Shown: positions 1 through 9,869 of the stretch, piece after piece
How the letters are laid out: each line of letters opens with the position of its first letter
How positions within the stretch are numbered: position 1 is the stretch's first letter
Assembly: GCA_047600485.1 (NCBI GenBank)
Contig: JASGKS010000001.1
Location: 6,976,259 to 7,040,258 of the forward strand
DNA: 64,000 nucleotides
Reading direction: 5' to 3'
Source of the DNA: Archangium sp.
GTDB taxonomy: Bacteria; Myxococcota; Myxococcia; Myxococcales; Myxococcaceae
The notes under the pieces: generated by a model
Told to the model about the DNA's origin: nothing
What the model saw: only the letters and a program-made list of their open reading frames with translations
Database searches by the model: none
Program-made: the position numbers and the translations under genes

Positions 1-976
1 TGTCGGGGTTCACCGTCATGAGGCGCTCGGCGGTGCCCTTGGTGAGCGTCTCCTTCACGCGCGAGAGATCGAGCGACGTGTACGGCGCGACCTTCAGCCG
101 CTGCGCCGAGCCGATGCGGTCGAAGTTCTTCGCGACGGTGGTGTTCGTCAGGTCGGCGCTGTCGTCCTTCTGCTTGTCGGCCTTCTCCGCGGAGCGGAAG
201 AGCGAGGTCTGCTCGTTCGCGCCGGCGATGACGCCGTCGCCGTTCAGGTCGGACGACGCGGCGTTCACGCCCTTGCGACGCAGCGAATCGACCGAGAGCT
301 TCTGGTCCTTGTTGGCGGCGAGGAACTCGCTCAGCGAGAGCGTGGTCTTCACCGGCGGCTCGGGCAGCTTCTCGAGCGGGCGGTTCTGAACGGTCGTCGA
401 GACCTTGCCGGCCTCGGTGCTGATCAACTCCGGCTGCTTCGTCTTCGGCGCTTCCGGCAATTTCTCCAGCGGCCGATTCTGAATCGTCGTCGAGACCTTG
501 CCAGCCTCGGTGCTGATCAACTCCGGCTGCTTCGTCTTCGGCGCTTCCGGCAATTTCTCCAGCGGCCGATTCTGAATCGTCGTCGAGACCTTGCCAGCCT
601 CGGTGCTGATCAATTCCGGCTGCTTCGTCTTCGGCGCTTCCGGCAACTTCTCCAGCGGCCGATTCTGAATCGTCGTCGAGATCTTCCCGGGCTCGGTGGT
701 GATGGGCGCGTCGGGGCCCATCTTCACGTCGACCTGTTCCTTCACTCCGTTGCGCTGGGTCTTGCCGCCCTCGGCGTTCTTGATGACCGACGTCGGCGCG
801 TTGGTCTCGAACTTGTCGGGGAACAGCAGCTTCCCGCCCGCCTGAATCTTGTCGACGTTCTGAAGGCCGTTCGCTTTGGCGACCTGATCGACGGTGAGCG
901 TCGTCTTGAACTCGCGGTTGTGCGCCGCGACCATCTTCCCGAGCGTCGTTCCGTTCTGAATCGTCCTGATCGTCAT
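1..976 (-). CDS. LysM domain protein with 27-aa tandem repeats (3' end outside window)
   Basis: Not in the ORF track because it runs off the window edge. My reverse-strand translation from ATG at 976 gives MTIRTIQNGTTLGKMVAAHNREFKTTLTVDQVAKANGLQNVDKIQAGGKLLFP, which is LysM-like. It is followed by at least three near-identical 27-aa repeats (ISTTIQNRPLEKLPEAPKTKQPELISTEAGKV), each encoded by an 81-bp DNA repeat. No signal peptide is visible. Confidence 0.6.
   Translation of the reverse strand, partial: MTIRTIQNGTTLGKMVAAHNREFKTTLTVDQVAKANGLQNVDKIQAGGKLLFPDKFETNAPTSVIKNAEGGKTQRNGVKEQVDVKMGPDAPITTEPGKISTTIQNRPLEKLPEAPKTKQPELISTEAGKVSTTIQNRPLEKLPEAPKTKQPELISTEAGKVSTTIQNRPLEKLPEAPKTKQPELISTEAGKVSTTVQNRPLEKLPEPPVKTTLSLSEFLAANKDQKLSVDSLRRKGVNAASSDLNGDGVIAGANEQTSLFRSAEKADKQKDDSADLTNTTVAKNFDRIGSAQRLKVAPYTSLDLSRVKETLTKGTAERLMTVNPD
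388..715 (-). repeat. 81-bp in-frame tandem repeat array (about 4 copies, two identical) inside the LysM gene
   Basis: Direct reading shows the unit ...ctccggctgcttcgtcttcggcgcttccggcaatttctccagcggccgattctgaatcgtcgtcgagaccttgccagcctcggtgctgatcaa... recurring at 81-nt spacing (e.g. 421 and 502). Copies are nearly identical at DNA level. Confidence 0.8.
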
Positions 977-1040
977 GCTCCGAGGACGAGGCCTGGAGCA
1001 CCACCGTGCGGGGGCGGAAAGAGTCAGGTGAATCAGGTGG

Positions 1041-1985
1041 TTACGGGAGATCGATGACGATCTTGCCCGCTGCACGGCCCGATGCGCTGCGTTCCCACGC
1101 GTCGGGCAGTTTCTCGAGCGGAAAGCGCGAGTCGATGACGACGCGCACCGCTCCACGCTCCACGAAACCATCGAGCACGCCGAGGTCGACCGCGTTCGGC
1201 TTCAGCAACACCGGAGTCACCTTGCGGCCTCGCACCAGATTCAGCGCCGCGTGCGCGAAGACGCCCGGCCCGGGCAGACACGAAGCAAAGCGTCCCTGCG
1301 GCGTGAGTCGGTCCAGCCAATCTCCCGGAGAACTGCCGACGCAGTCGTAGATGACGTCGAACGGAGCGACGCCCTGCCAGACGTCGCTCTTCGTGTAGTC
1401 GACGACTTCCTGAGCACCGAGTGACCGCACCAGCTCGACGTTGCGCGTGCTGCACACGCCCGTCACGTGCGCGCCCATCGCGCGAGCGAGCTGCACCGCG
1501 AAGTGCCCCACGCCACCCGACGCGCCGATGATGCACACCCGCTCCGTCGCTCCCTCGAGCTTCAGCCCGCACCCATCACGCAGGCCCTGCAACGCCGTCA
1601 TGCCCGCCAGTGGCAACGCAGCGGCTTCGCCGAAATCGATTCCGCTCGGCATCGGCCGCAGCACGTCGAGCTGCGCGACGACTTGTTCGGCGTTCGCTCC
1701 GCCGTTCTTGCTGAGCAACCGCGTGTGCACGCGCTGCCCGACGCTGAAGCCCTTCACGTTCGCGCCGAGCGCCGCCACTTCTCCCGCGAGGTCGTAGCCA
1801 GGAATGAAGTCTGGAAAGCGCGCGAACAAGATCGGCCGCGCCTTGCCGCTGCCCTGCTTCCAGTCGATGGGGTTCACGCTCGTCGCGCGAACGCGCACCA
1901 ACACCTCGTCGGGGCCGGGGGTCGGCGCCGGCAGCTCCTTGAGCCGCGGCTGCATCGAGTAGTCGTCCAGCGTCATCGCGCGCAT
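1041..1985 (-). CDS. Zinc-binding alcohol dehydrogenase / NADPH:quinone oxidoreductase (MDR superfamily)
   Basis: Rossmann motif IIGASGGVGHFAVQLARAMGA and an MDR-like N-terminal catalytic domain. The true start may be the internal Met (MTLDDY..., about 1976). Confidence 0.85.
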   Translation of the reverse strand: MRAMTLDDYSMQPRLKELPAPTPGPDEVLVRVRATSVNPIDWKQGSGKARPILFARFPDFIPGYDLAGEVAALGANVKGFSVGQRVHTRLLSKNGGANAEQVVAQLDVLRPMPSGIDFGEAAALPLAGMTALQGLRDGCGLKLEGATERVCIIGASGGVGHFAVQLARAMGAHVTGVCSTRNVELVRSLGAQEVVDYTKSDVWQGVAPFDVIYDCVGSSPGDWLDRLTPQGRFASCLPGPGVFAHAALNLVRGRKVTPVLLKPNAVDLGVLDGFVERGAVRVVIDSRFPLEKLPDAWERSASGRAAGKIVIDLP

Positions 1986-2001
1986 GACACGCGCATCTAA
2001 C

Positions 2002-4746
2002 TCACTGGAGCAGGCTGAGCAGGAACTCCGTCGGCGTGCTGCGCAGCACTTCGACCGAGCACGACAGCTCCATGCCCAGATGCGAGAGCGAGCCCTTGCT
2101 CAACTGGAAGCGGCCTTCGCGCAGCTGAATCGCAGTGAGCTCGCGACCTGAAGTGACGTTGGTGACGAGACTCCAGCGCGCGGGCAGCTCGGGGTGCGTG
2201 GGGTCCTGCAGCGCGAGATGATCGAACGTCATCACCTGGCCCGTCGCCAGCCCCATGCCGGGGACATCGGCCTTCATGGTGATGCTCACCTGCGCGGTGA
2301 ACGGCAACGCCGAGTAGCCGACGTCAGGCGTCGCAAGCGGGTTGGTGAGCGCCTCCAGCACCACCGCGGTGAAGCTCGCCGACTCGCACGTGCGGCGCTC
2401 GACGCGACGCGAGCGATTCAAGATGTCGCGCGGGAACGGCATCGCCGCGAGCTCCGCCGACAACCCGCGAATGCCCGGCTCGAGCGAGCGCGTCTGCTTC
2501 AACACCACGCGCGCGGGAAACGGCGTTCCCATGCTGAGCGCCGGCCAGCCCTCGGGCACCTGACGGAACTCGAAGTCCAACACCTGTGTCGCTGACTGCT
2601 GCGCGACGGGCTTGCCGGTGTTCTCGCGCTCGAGCCACAGCGTGGTGACCGCCTTCGCGTGGCCGAACGTCTCGAGCAGCTCGGCGTCGGTGAGCAACAC
2701 GGTGCCCATCGGCACCAGCGTCGACGGCCGAATGCGCTCGATGACCGGAGTCGACGTTCCCGCTGCGAGCGTGACGCGATCGATTTCCGGCAGCGCGGTG
2801 GTGGTCGGGTTGGTGACGCTGACCGCTCCGGCTTGCACGTTGAGCTCCATCACCACCGTGCCGTTCTTCACGGTGCAGAGGAACACGCCGTTGCTCTTCT
2901 CCTTGTCGTCGTCGAAGCGTGCGTGCACCACCACCGCCATGTTTCCCGAGAGGTGGTCGATGTTCTCGAGCGCACGCTCTTCGAAGGCCTCGGCGGTCCA
3001 GTACGAGGCCCAGGTCTTCTTGATGGCCCACTCGATGGTCTGCTTCTGGTCGCCGCTGTTGGGCTGCAGCTGCGCGTCGAGGAAGCCGGTGTTCGAGTCG
3101 TAGAGGCCCGCGCCGTTGAAGCCCTCGATGTCTTCCGCGGTCGACGACGAGCGGAAGCGCAGGCCCTGCAGGTACGAGTAGTGGCCGAACTGCGCACGGA
3201 GCGCCGCGGTGAGGGTCGCGAGCGTGGTGGCGTTCATCGGCGTCTTGCGAATGAGCTGCTTCACGCCGCCGTCACGCACCAGGTCGCCGAGCGTGTCGCC
3301 GGGCGGGTGCGCGGCTGTGAATTCCTGCAGGAAGGTCTGATCAGCCGGAGTGGTGTGCGTCTCGTTGAATGACGTCTCGCCCTCGAGAACGAGGTAGCGC
3401 ACGCGTTGATCTTCGTTGAACCCCGGAGCGACCAGCATCGCCTCGAGCCGCGGCCGGAACTGCGCGAGGTGCTCGACGTACGGCCGAATGCTGATGGCGC
3501 CCACCGCGTCAGGCGTGGCGTTGGGAGCGCCCGCGAGCAACCCGAGATAGCCGGTCGCCTTGCCGCCGATGCCGGGCCGCAGCGTGTCGGAGTCGTCAGC
3601 CGAGAGCGTGCGCAGGTCGACGGTGTACGGGAGCGTGGCGATGTCGACCTGCGTGACCGCGGCCGCCGGCTTGCGCTGGCTCTGCAGCCACACCGAGTAC
3701 TGCGCTTCGCTGATGGGCTTGATGATCAACTGCCCGGGGCCGGTGGACTTCACGACCACCGGAGAGCGGAAGCGCGCGAGGTCGAGCAGCTCCTGATCAT
3801 CGATGACGCCCGCGCGATACGCGTTGGGAATGCCGCGGTTCTTCGCGAGCAGATTGAAGTGCGCCAGCGGCGTCTGCGGCACCGCGGTCACCACGCCCGC
3901 GCACTGCGGGAGGAAGTCGGGCACGTCTTCGAGCAGCAAGATGTCGGTCGAGGTCGTGTCGTCCGTCGACTCGCCACTTCGCTTCACGCGCAGCCGGCCC
4001 GCGGTGATGCCGTCGTTGTAGACCTCGAGCTCGCCCGGCGCGGTGAGGTCCTTCAGGCGGATGATGCGGTCGAAGTACTGCAGCTGCTTCGACTCGATGT
4101 CCTGCGCGATGACTTCCTGCTGCGGCGAGCGCACCACCCACACCACCTGCGAACCGATGCCCGCGGGCAACGTCTTCTCGAGCTCGGCGAAGAAGCGCAC
4201 CAGCTCGGCGTGTGACGGCGAGTCGGAGAACTCGAGCTGAAACGCCCAGCGCTCCGGCCGGTCTCCGCTCGCGATGACGTGAATCAACGTGCCGAGGCCG
4301 AACGCGCGCGGAGGAACGAAGAGGCCCAGGTCGTAGAAGCGCGGCGAGTAGAGGCGATCTCCGTCGACCCAGCGGAGGTCGAGCGGCAACACGGTCTCCT
4401 TCTTCGCCCACGCGTAGATGTCGGCGATGGTCGCGAACTCGTGGCCGGTGACGGGAACGATGCCCTCGCGTCCCGGGATGCGCTGGCCGTTGAGCAACCG
4501 GAACCAGTACCACTCGTCGTGCAGCGCGTAGAACGAGTTGTCGAGGTAGCGCACCGCCTCTTTGTCGCTGCCGAAGCCGGTGATGATGAACTTGCCCGAA
4601 GTGCGACCGTGCTCGGTGATGGCGAGCGCTTCGAAGTCGCTCACCGCTTTGATTTCGGTCTTCGCGTGGTCTTCGAAACCGTCGGTTCCCGGGCCCGGGC
4701 AAGCAGAGGTCACGGCCAGAACGAGGGCGAAAGCCAGTCGACGCAT
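2002..4746 (-). CDS. Exported lipoprotein with PEP/pyruvate-binding (PPDK_N-like) domain
   Basis: Signal peptide/lipobox MRRLAFALVLAVTSAC. Motifs RPGIGGKATGYLGLLAG and FRSSSTAEDIEGFNGAGLYDS resemble the GGKAANL / SSATAEDLP motifs of PEP-utilizing enzyme N-terminal domains. Start chosen at the internal Met preceding the signal peptide (the ORF track extends to 4806). Confidence 0.5.
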   Translation of the reverse strand: MRRLAFALVLAVTSACPGPGTDGFEDHAKTEIKAVSDFEALAITEHGRTSGKFIITGFGSDKEAVRYLDNSFYALHDEWYWFRLLNGQRIPGREGIVPVTGHEFATIADIYAWAKKETVLPLDLRWVDGDRLYSPRFYDLGLFVPPRAFGLGTLIHVIASGDRPERWAFQLEFSDSPSHAELVRFFAELEKTLPAGIGSQVVWVVRSPQQEVIAQDIESKQLQYFDRIIRLKDLTAPGELEVYNDGITAGRLRVKRSGESTDDTTSTDILLLEDVPDFLPQCAGVVTAVPQTPLAHFNLLAKNRGIPNAYRAGVIDDQELLDLARFRSPVVVKSTGPGQLIIKPISEAQYSVWLQSQRKPAAAVTQVDIATLPYTVDLRTLSADDSDTLRPGIGGKATGYLGLLAGAPNATPDAVGAISIRPYVEHLAQFRPRLEAMLVAPGFNEDQRVRYLVLEGETSFNETHTTPADQTFLQEFTAAHPPGDTLGDLVRDGGVKQLIRKTPMNATTLATLTAALRAQFGHYSYLQGLRFRSSSTAEDIEGFNGAGLYDSNTGFLDAQLQPNSGDQKQTIEWAIKKTWASYWTAEAFEERALENIDHLSGNMAVVVHARFDDDKEKSNGVFLCTVKNGTVVMELNVQAGAVSVTNPTTTALPEIDRVTLAAGTSTPVIERIRPSTLVPMGTVLLTDAELLETFGHAKAVTTLWLERENTGKPVAQQSATQVLDFEFRQVPEGWPALSMGTPFPARVVLKQTRSLEPGIRGLSAELAAMPFPRDILNRSRRVERRTCESASFTAVVLEALTNPLATPDVGYSALPFTAQVSITMKADVPGMGLATGQVMTFDHLALQDPTHPELPARWSLVTNVTSGRELTAIQLREGRFQLSKGSLSHLGMELSCSVEVLRSTPTEFLLSLLQ

Positions 4747-4894
4747 GGGAGGGTGGGATTCCCTCGCAAGACTGACACCATCACCGAGCGAAGACGAATC
4801 GAGCACTTAGGTTTGACCCGCCCTCAGAAATTCGCGGGTTGCTTCACACCCACGCCCATGAGGACTGGCGAAAAGTTCGGCAGCTCAGCATCCT

Positions 4895-6610
4895 TTGTCA
4901 ATGGTGCGGTGGTTCGGTTGGTTGACTGATCAGTTCGTTCCTCCCACCACTTCTGAAGAGCGAGCGTCGCGGTTCAGGTTCGGAGCGCAGGCGTGGATCA
5001 TCGCGTGGCCGCTCGCCATCGCGTGGACCATCGGCTCGGCGGTGCAGGGGCTGTGGCTCGGCGCGGCGATGAACCTGTTGATGGTGGTCATCGGCCCCAT
5101 CGCGTTGTGGGGCATGAAGCGCACCGCGTCGCTCACGCCGTGGTTCCAGATTTCGCTCGCGGGCGCGCTGTTGCTCTACGGCCCGGGCTCGCTGTCGCAG
5201 ACGCCCATCGAAGAGACCGCACTGTTCTTCGCGATGATCATTCCGCTGGTCGCGGGTTTTCTCTTCGGCGTCGCGAGCGCGTTCCGGTGGACGGTGGCGA
5301 CCGCCATCGCGACCATCGGTGCGCTGCTGCTCGCGCGGGAGGGCTACAGCATTCAGGCCACCGACCCCGCGCCGCTGCTCTCGAAGATCCTCAACATCCT
5401 CACCGCGCTGGTGATGACCGCGGGCTTCTCGGCGAGCTTCTTCATCGCGCAGCAGCGCGCGCTGGCTCGCGCCGAAGCGGCGAATCGCGCCAAGAGTCTC
5501 TTCCTCGCCACCATCAGCCACGAGATCCGCACGCCGATGAACGGAGTGCTCGGCATGACCGAGGTGCTCCTCACCGAGACGCGGGACGAGCGCACGCGCG
5601 AACAGCTCGGCGTGATTCAGCGCAGCGGCGAGCTGATGGTGTCGTTGATCAACGACCTGCTCGACCTCACCAAGCTCGAGGCGCAGAAGCTGAAGCTCGA
5701 GAGCGTCGACTTCGACGTGCACGCGCTGGTGGCCGACGTGGCGCGGCTGTTCGAAGCGCGCGCTCGCGAGAAGAACATCGCGCTCGTCGTGGGCATCGAG
5801 CCGGGCCTCGAAGCGGTGCGCAAGGGCGACCCGCTCCGGTTGCGTCAGGTGCTCTTCAACCTGGTCAGCAACGCGGTGAAGTTCACCGAGCGCGGCTCCA
5901 TCACCATCACCGTCTCCGCGCGCGCGGGGCAACTCCACTTCGCGGTGCACGACACCGGCATCGGCATCTCGGCTGAAGCGTTGCCGCGCTTGTTCTCGGT
6001 CTTCGAGCAGCAAGACGCGTCGACCACGCGGCGCTTCGGAGGCACCGGCCTCGGCCTCGCGCTCTCGAAGCAGCTGGTCTCTTTGATGGGCGGCACGCTC
6101 GAGGTCACCTCGGTGGCGGGCGTCGGTTCGCACTTCTGGTTTCAGCTCGCGCTCGAGAAGGGCGACCCGTCGCAGCTGCGCACGGTGGTGCCCGCTCCGC
6201 GGCCGGCGAGCCCGCGCGTGCTGGTGGTCGACGACAACCCCATCAACCTCCGCGTCGCGCGCACACTGGTCGAGAAGGCCGGGTTCCGCGTCGACGCCGT
6301 CGCGAGCGGCGAAGAGGCCGTGAAGCTCGCAGCGCAACACGACTACTTCGTGGTGCTGATGGACTGCCACATGCCGGCGATGGACGGCTTCGAGGCGACC
6401 ACGCAGATCCGCGAGCTGACCGGTCCCCGCGGGCGCGTGCCGGTGGTGGCGCTCACCGCGTCGACCAGTGAGGAAGACTTCGAAGCCTGCCGTCGCTCGG
6501 GCATGAACGAGGTGCTCACCAAGCCCATCTCGCTCGAGGCGCTCGCGCGCTCGCTGGCGCTGGTGACGTTGCCGACGAAGCGCGCTTCGAAGACCGCCGA
6601 CATCAACTGA
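4895..6610 (+). CDS. Hybrid sensor histidine kinase / response regulator (membrane-bound)
   Basis: N-terminal TM segments. HisKA H-box ATISHEIRTPMNGVLGM. HATPase_c G-box GGTGLGLALSKQLV. C-terminal REC domain VLVVDDNPINLRVA...VLMDCHMPAMDGFE...TKP. Confidence 0.9.
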   Translation: MSMVRWFGWLTDQFVPPTTSEERASRFRFGAQAWIIAWPLAIAWTIGSAVQGLWLGAAMNLLMVVIGPIALWGMKRTASLTPWFQISLAGALLLYGPGSLSQTPIEETALFFAMIIPLVAGFLFGVASAFRWTVATAIATIGALLLAREGYSIQATDPAPLLSKILNILTALVMTAGFSASFFIAQQRALARAEAANRAKSLFLATISHEIRTPMNGVLGMTEVLLTETRDERTREQLGVIQRSGELMVSLINDLLDLTKLEAQKLKLESVDFDVHALVADVARLFEARAREKNIALVVGIEPGLEAVRKGDPLRLRQVLFNLVSNAVKFTERGSITITVSARAGQLHFAVHDTGIGISAEALPRLFSVFEQQDASTTRRFGGTGLGLALSKQLVSLMGGTLEVTSVAGVGSHFWFQLALEKGDPSQLRTVVPAPRPASPRVLVVDDNPINLRVARTLVEKAGFRVDAVASGEEAVKLAAQHDYFVVLMDCHMPAMDGFEATTQIRELTGPRGRVPVVALTASTSEEDFEACRRSGMNEVLTKPISLEALARSLALVTLPTKRASKTADIN

Positions 6611-6701
6611 CGTCAGAAGACGTCTTCACGACTCAAGCCTGTCGTCGGCTTGCAAGCGTGCGTCGATTCATCGAACGAGTCGTCGTGCCCCGCGTGGCAG
6701 C

Positions 6702-9700
6702 GTGCTTGCTTCCCTCCCCACCATGACCCTTCGTGACCTTCGACGCTTCTTCGTCGTCGTGTTGTCGCTGTTGGCGGTGCCCGCGCTCGCGCGTGATTGG
6801 TTCGTCAGAGAAGGCAGCAGCGGCAACGGCTCGCAAGCGAACCCGTTCGGAGATCCGTGGGAAGCGCTCGACAAGTGCGAAGCGGGAGACAACATCCACG
6901 TGGCGGCGGGCAAGTACTACGGCCAGCTCGACGGCGCGGTGTGGAAGCTCGCGTTCCCGCGCATCTCGCTCTACGGCGGCTACGACAAGGACTTCAAGAA
7001 GCGCGACCCGTGGACGAATCTCACCGAGCTCACGTTCAAGGCGGGCAGCAAGAACAAGCCGTGGAACAGCTCGCGCATCTCGACGGGTGACGACTACTCC
7101 GGCTCGCGCATCGACGGCTTCGTGTTCAACATGGAATCGCAGAACGACTACGACGACTCGGGCTCGCTCGATCAACGCAGCCGTCAGCCGACGCCGCTGG
7201 TCATCGATCAACCCGGCGTGGTCATCGCGAACAACATCATCGTCAACGCGTCGAGCGAGGCCATCTCGATTCGCCCCGGCGTCATCGTCGAGAACAACAT
7301 CATCGTGAACTCGTACTCGAGCGCCATCAAGATGACGCCCGGCACGACGCTGCGGAACGACACGAACACCAAGCCCGCCATCGTGCGCAACAACACCGTC
7401 GCCTTCACGTGGGACCCGAGCGAAGCGGGCACCGGCGGGCAGCGCGGCGCGGCGATTCAGTACTCGGGCGGTGGGTTGGTCATCGAAGGCAACCTGCTCA
7501 TGAACTCCGACAACCAGGGCGTCACGCTCAACGCGAAGCCCGAAGACCTGTCGCTCAAGAACAACACCTTCTTCCAGAACCTCTTCAGCAACGTGAAGTG
7601 GATGAAGCCGGTGCCGGTCATCATCGACGACGACACGATGGATGTGCTCGACGAGGTCGGCTTCAAGGCGGTCGCCGACAACGAGGTGAAGAACCCGAAG
7701 GCGAAGTTGCCGAAGGAATGGATGGACCAGTTCTCGCGCCGTCAGGGCGTGAAGCCGGGCCAGGTGAAGATGGACGAGTGGAACGAGCTGCGTCGCACGC
7801 TCGGCCTGCCGGTCATCGCCACGGGAGGAAAGGCGTACGAGGGCTTCGCTCCGGCGTGGAAGACGAAGGACGCGCTGGCCCTGCTCGACATCACCGCGGT
7901 GAAGACCGGCGCGCGGCGCAAGGCGCTCACCGTCGGCGCGTTCTCGGAAGCGGGCCCCGCGGCGGTGCAGCGCGACTACGTGAAGAGCGACGTGAAGCAG
8001 CTCGAGACGCCCGACGCGATGCTGGGCAAGGCGGTGATTCTCGTCGTCGGTCTCGGCCAGAGCACTGCGCTCACCTACGCCAAGATGGACGGAGCGACCG
8101 CCGACACGCACGACGCGACGTACCTGTTCGACACCAAGGGCGAGCAGAAGATCATCGGCGCGTACAAGAAGGGCTCCACCATCGCGCGCACGATGGACAA
8201 GTTCGCCAACAAGCGCCTCTCGAGCTTCGGCACGCCGCCGGCGTTGTTCGTCGCGAAGGGCGTCATCACCGCGACCAACATGGTGCCGCGCACGGGCATC
8301 GTGCTCGACAGCTTCGAGGAGCAGGAACTCTCCCCGCTCGACGCGATGGGCGCGCGCCCGAAGGGCCGTGACTGGTTCGTGCGCGCGGGCGCGAAGAACG
8401 GCGACGGCAGCAAGGAGAAGCCGTTCAAGGACCCGTATCAGGCGCTCGAGAAGGTCGAGGCGGGCGACTCGATTCACGTCGCCGAGGGCGAGTACACCGG
8501 CAAGCTGCGCGCGGCGAAGTTCGTCATCGACATGCCGTTCATCGCGCTGCTCGGTGGCTACGACGCCAACTTCACCGAGCGCGACCCGTGGAAGCACCCC
8601 ACCCTGCTGCGCTTCATTCGCGACGCGAAGAACGACTACGGGCAGGGCTACATCGTCGAGGGCGCGTTCGACCACCGCGGCACCATCGTCGACGGCTTCG
8701 TGTTCGATCGCCGCGACTACAACCTCTACCAGGACGACGGAGACCTGATGGTCGACCGCTCCAACCGCAGCGAGTCGGTGTGGCTCGCGTCGCCGGGCTC
8801 GGTGGTGCGCAACTGCACGTTCGTCAACGGAGCGACCGGCGCGCTGCTGATCAGCACCGCCTCGCTGGTCGAGAACAACGTGTTCATCAACCACGTCGGC
8901 GCCATCGTCACCGTGCGTCGCGGAGACGACAACACGCCCACGCTGGTGCGGAACAACACGCTGCTCTTCAGCTGGAACGAGAAGTTCGGCCAGGGCAACG
9001 TGACCACCGGCTACGGGCTCAAGTTCGACACGCAGTCGCGCGGTGTGGCCGAGTCCAACATCATCGCCTTCATCGACAACCACGGCATCGAGGTGTTCGG
9101 CGACCCGAACGACGTGTCCATCAACAACAACGTGTTCAGCCACAACCTGTGGTCGAACTACGAGACCTCTCCTTCGATGAAGTTCATCGACGACGCGACG
9201 ATGAGCCAACTGCCCGCCGCGGGGTTGAAGAGCGCGAACGGCAACGTGGTGCAGAACGTCGACCTGCCGCTCGATGCGAAGTGGTTCGACGTCTACACGC
9301 ACCGCACCGCGCCCGTGCCCGGCAAGGTGGCGATGGATGACTGGAATCAGCTGCGCGACATGATGGGGCTCAACCTCATCGCGACGGGCGGCAAGCCGGG
9401 CGAGGGCTTCGCGCCGATGTACGACTACAAGAAGGCGCTCACGCTCTTCCCGAAGAAGGAAATGAAGGCCGGAGCGAAGAAGACCGCGCTGAGCGTGAAG
9501 TTCGACGGCGTGGTGCGCGAGGACCCGAGCTTCACGTGGGACGACACCGATTGGGACACGCTCATCGCTGACCCCGCGAAGCTGGCGGGCAAGCGCTTCG
9601 CGGTGCGCGCGTCGATTCGCGGTGAAGACAACAAGTACCTCACGCCGGGCATCGACCAGGCTGCGTATGCGAGCTGGTACTTCATGAAGCCGCAGGACAA

Positions 9701-9869
9701 CGGTCGCGCGAAGAACGTGTACGTGAAGCGCGGCACGAAGTTCGAGCGCGCACTGCGCAACGCGAAGCCGCTCGGGCCGGGTGAGAAGGCCGTCGAGGTG
9801 TTCGTCATCAAGGGCACCGTGCAGGCCAACGGAGACATCGTCGCCGACGTCATCGTCAAAGAAGACTGA
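6702..9869 (+). CDS. Secreted protein with two tandem right-handed parallel beta-helix (DUF1565/pectate-lyase-like) halves
   Basis: Signal peptide present. Each half begins with RDWFVR(E/A)G..G.G(S).(A/K).PF.DP..AL.K.EAGD.IHVA.G.Y.G, followed by Asn-rich (NNxx) beta-helix repeats. The start may be Met at 6723. The antisense 1090-aa ORF is spurious. Confidence 0.6.
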   Translation: MLASLPTMTLRDLRRFFVVVLSLLAVPALARDWFVREGSSGNGSQANPFGDPWEALDKCEAGDNIHVAAGKYYGQLDGAVWKLAFPRISLYGGYDKDFKKRDPWTNLTELTFKAGSKNKPWNSSRISTGDDYSGSRIDGFVFNMESQNDYDDSGSLDQRSRQPTPLVIDQPGVVIANNIIVNASSEAISIRPGVIVENNIIVNSYSSAIKMTPGTTLRNDTNTKPAIVRNNTVAFTWDPSEAGTGGQRGAAIQYSGGGLVIEGNLLMNSDNQGVTLNAKPEDLSLKNNTFFQNLFSNVKWMKPVPVIIDDDTMDVLDEVGFKAVADNEVKNPKAKLPKEWMDQFSRRQGVKPGQVKMDEWNELRRTLGLPVIATGGKAYEGFAPAWKTKDALALLDITAVKTGARRKALTVGAFSEAGPAAVQRDYVKSDVKQLETPDAMLGKAVILVVGLGQSTALTYAKMDGATADTHDATYLFDTKGEQKIIGAYKKGSTIARTMDKFANKRLSSFGTPPALFVAKGVITATNMVPRTGIVLDSFEEQELSPLDAMGARPKGRDWFVRAGAKNGDGSKEKPFKDPYQALEKVEAGDSIHVAEGEYTGKLRAAKFVIDMPFIALLGGYDANFTERDPWKHPTLLRFIRDAKNDYGQGYIVEGAFDHRGTIVDGFVFDRRDYNLYQDDGDLMVDRSNRSESVWLASPGSVVRNCTFVNGATGALLISTASLVENNVFINHVGAIVTVRRGDDNTPTLVRNNTLLFSWNEKFGQGNVTTGYGLKFDTQSRGVAESNIIAFIDNHGIEVFGDPNDVSINNNVFSHNLWSNYETSPSMKFIDDATMSQLPAAGLKSANGNVVQNVDLPLDAKWFDVYTHRTAPVPGKVAMDDWNQLRDMMGLNLIATGGKPGEGFAPMYDYKKALTLFPKKEMKAGAKKTALSVKFDGVVREDPSFTWDDTDWDTLIADPAKLAGKRFAVRASIRGEDNKYLTPGIDQAAYASWYFMKPQDNGRAKNVYVKRGTKFERALRNAKPLGPGEKAVEVFVIKGTVQANGDIVADVIVKED

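Noticed and set aside
4898-6370. 490-aa antisense ORF opposite the hybrid histidine kinase
   Set aside because: Arg/Glu/Asp-rich with no domain signatures. The sense frame carries clear HisKA/HATPase/REC motifs.
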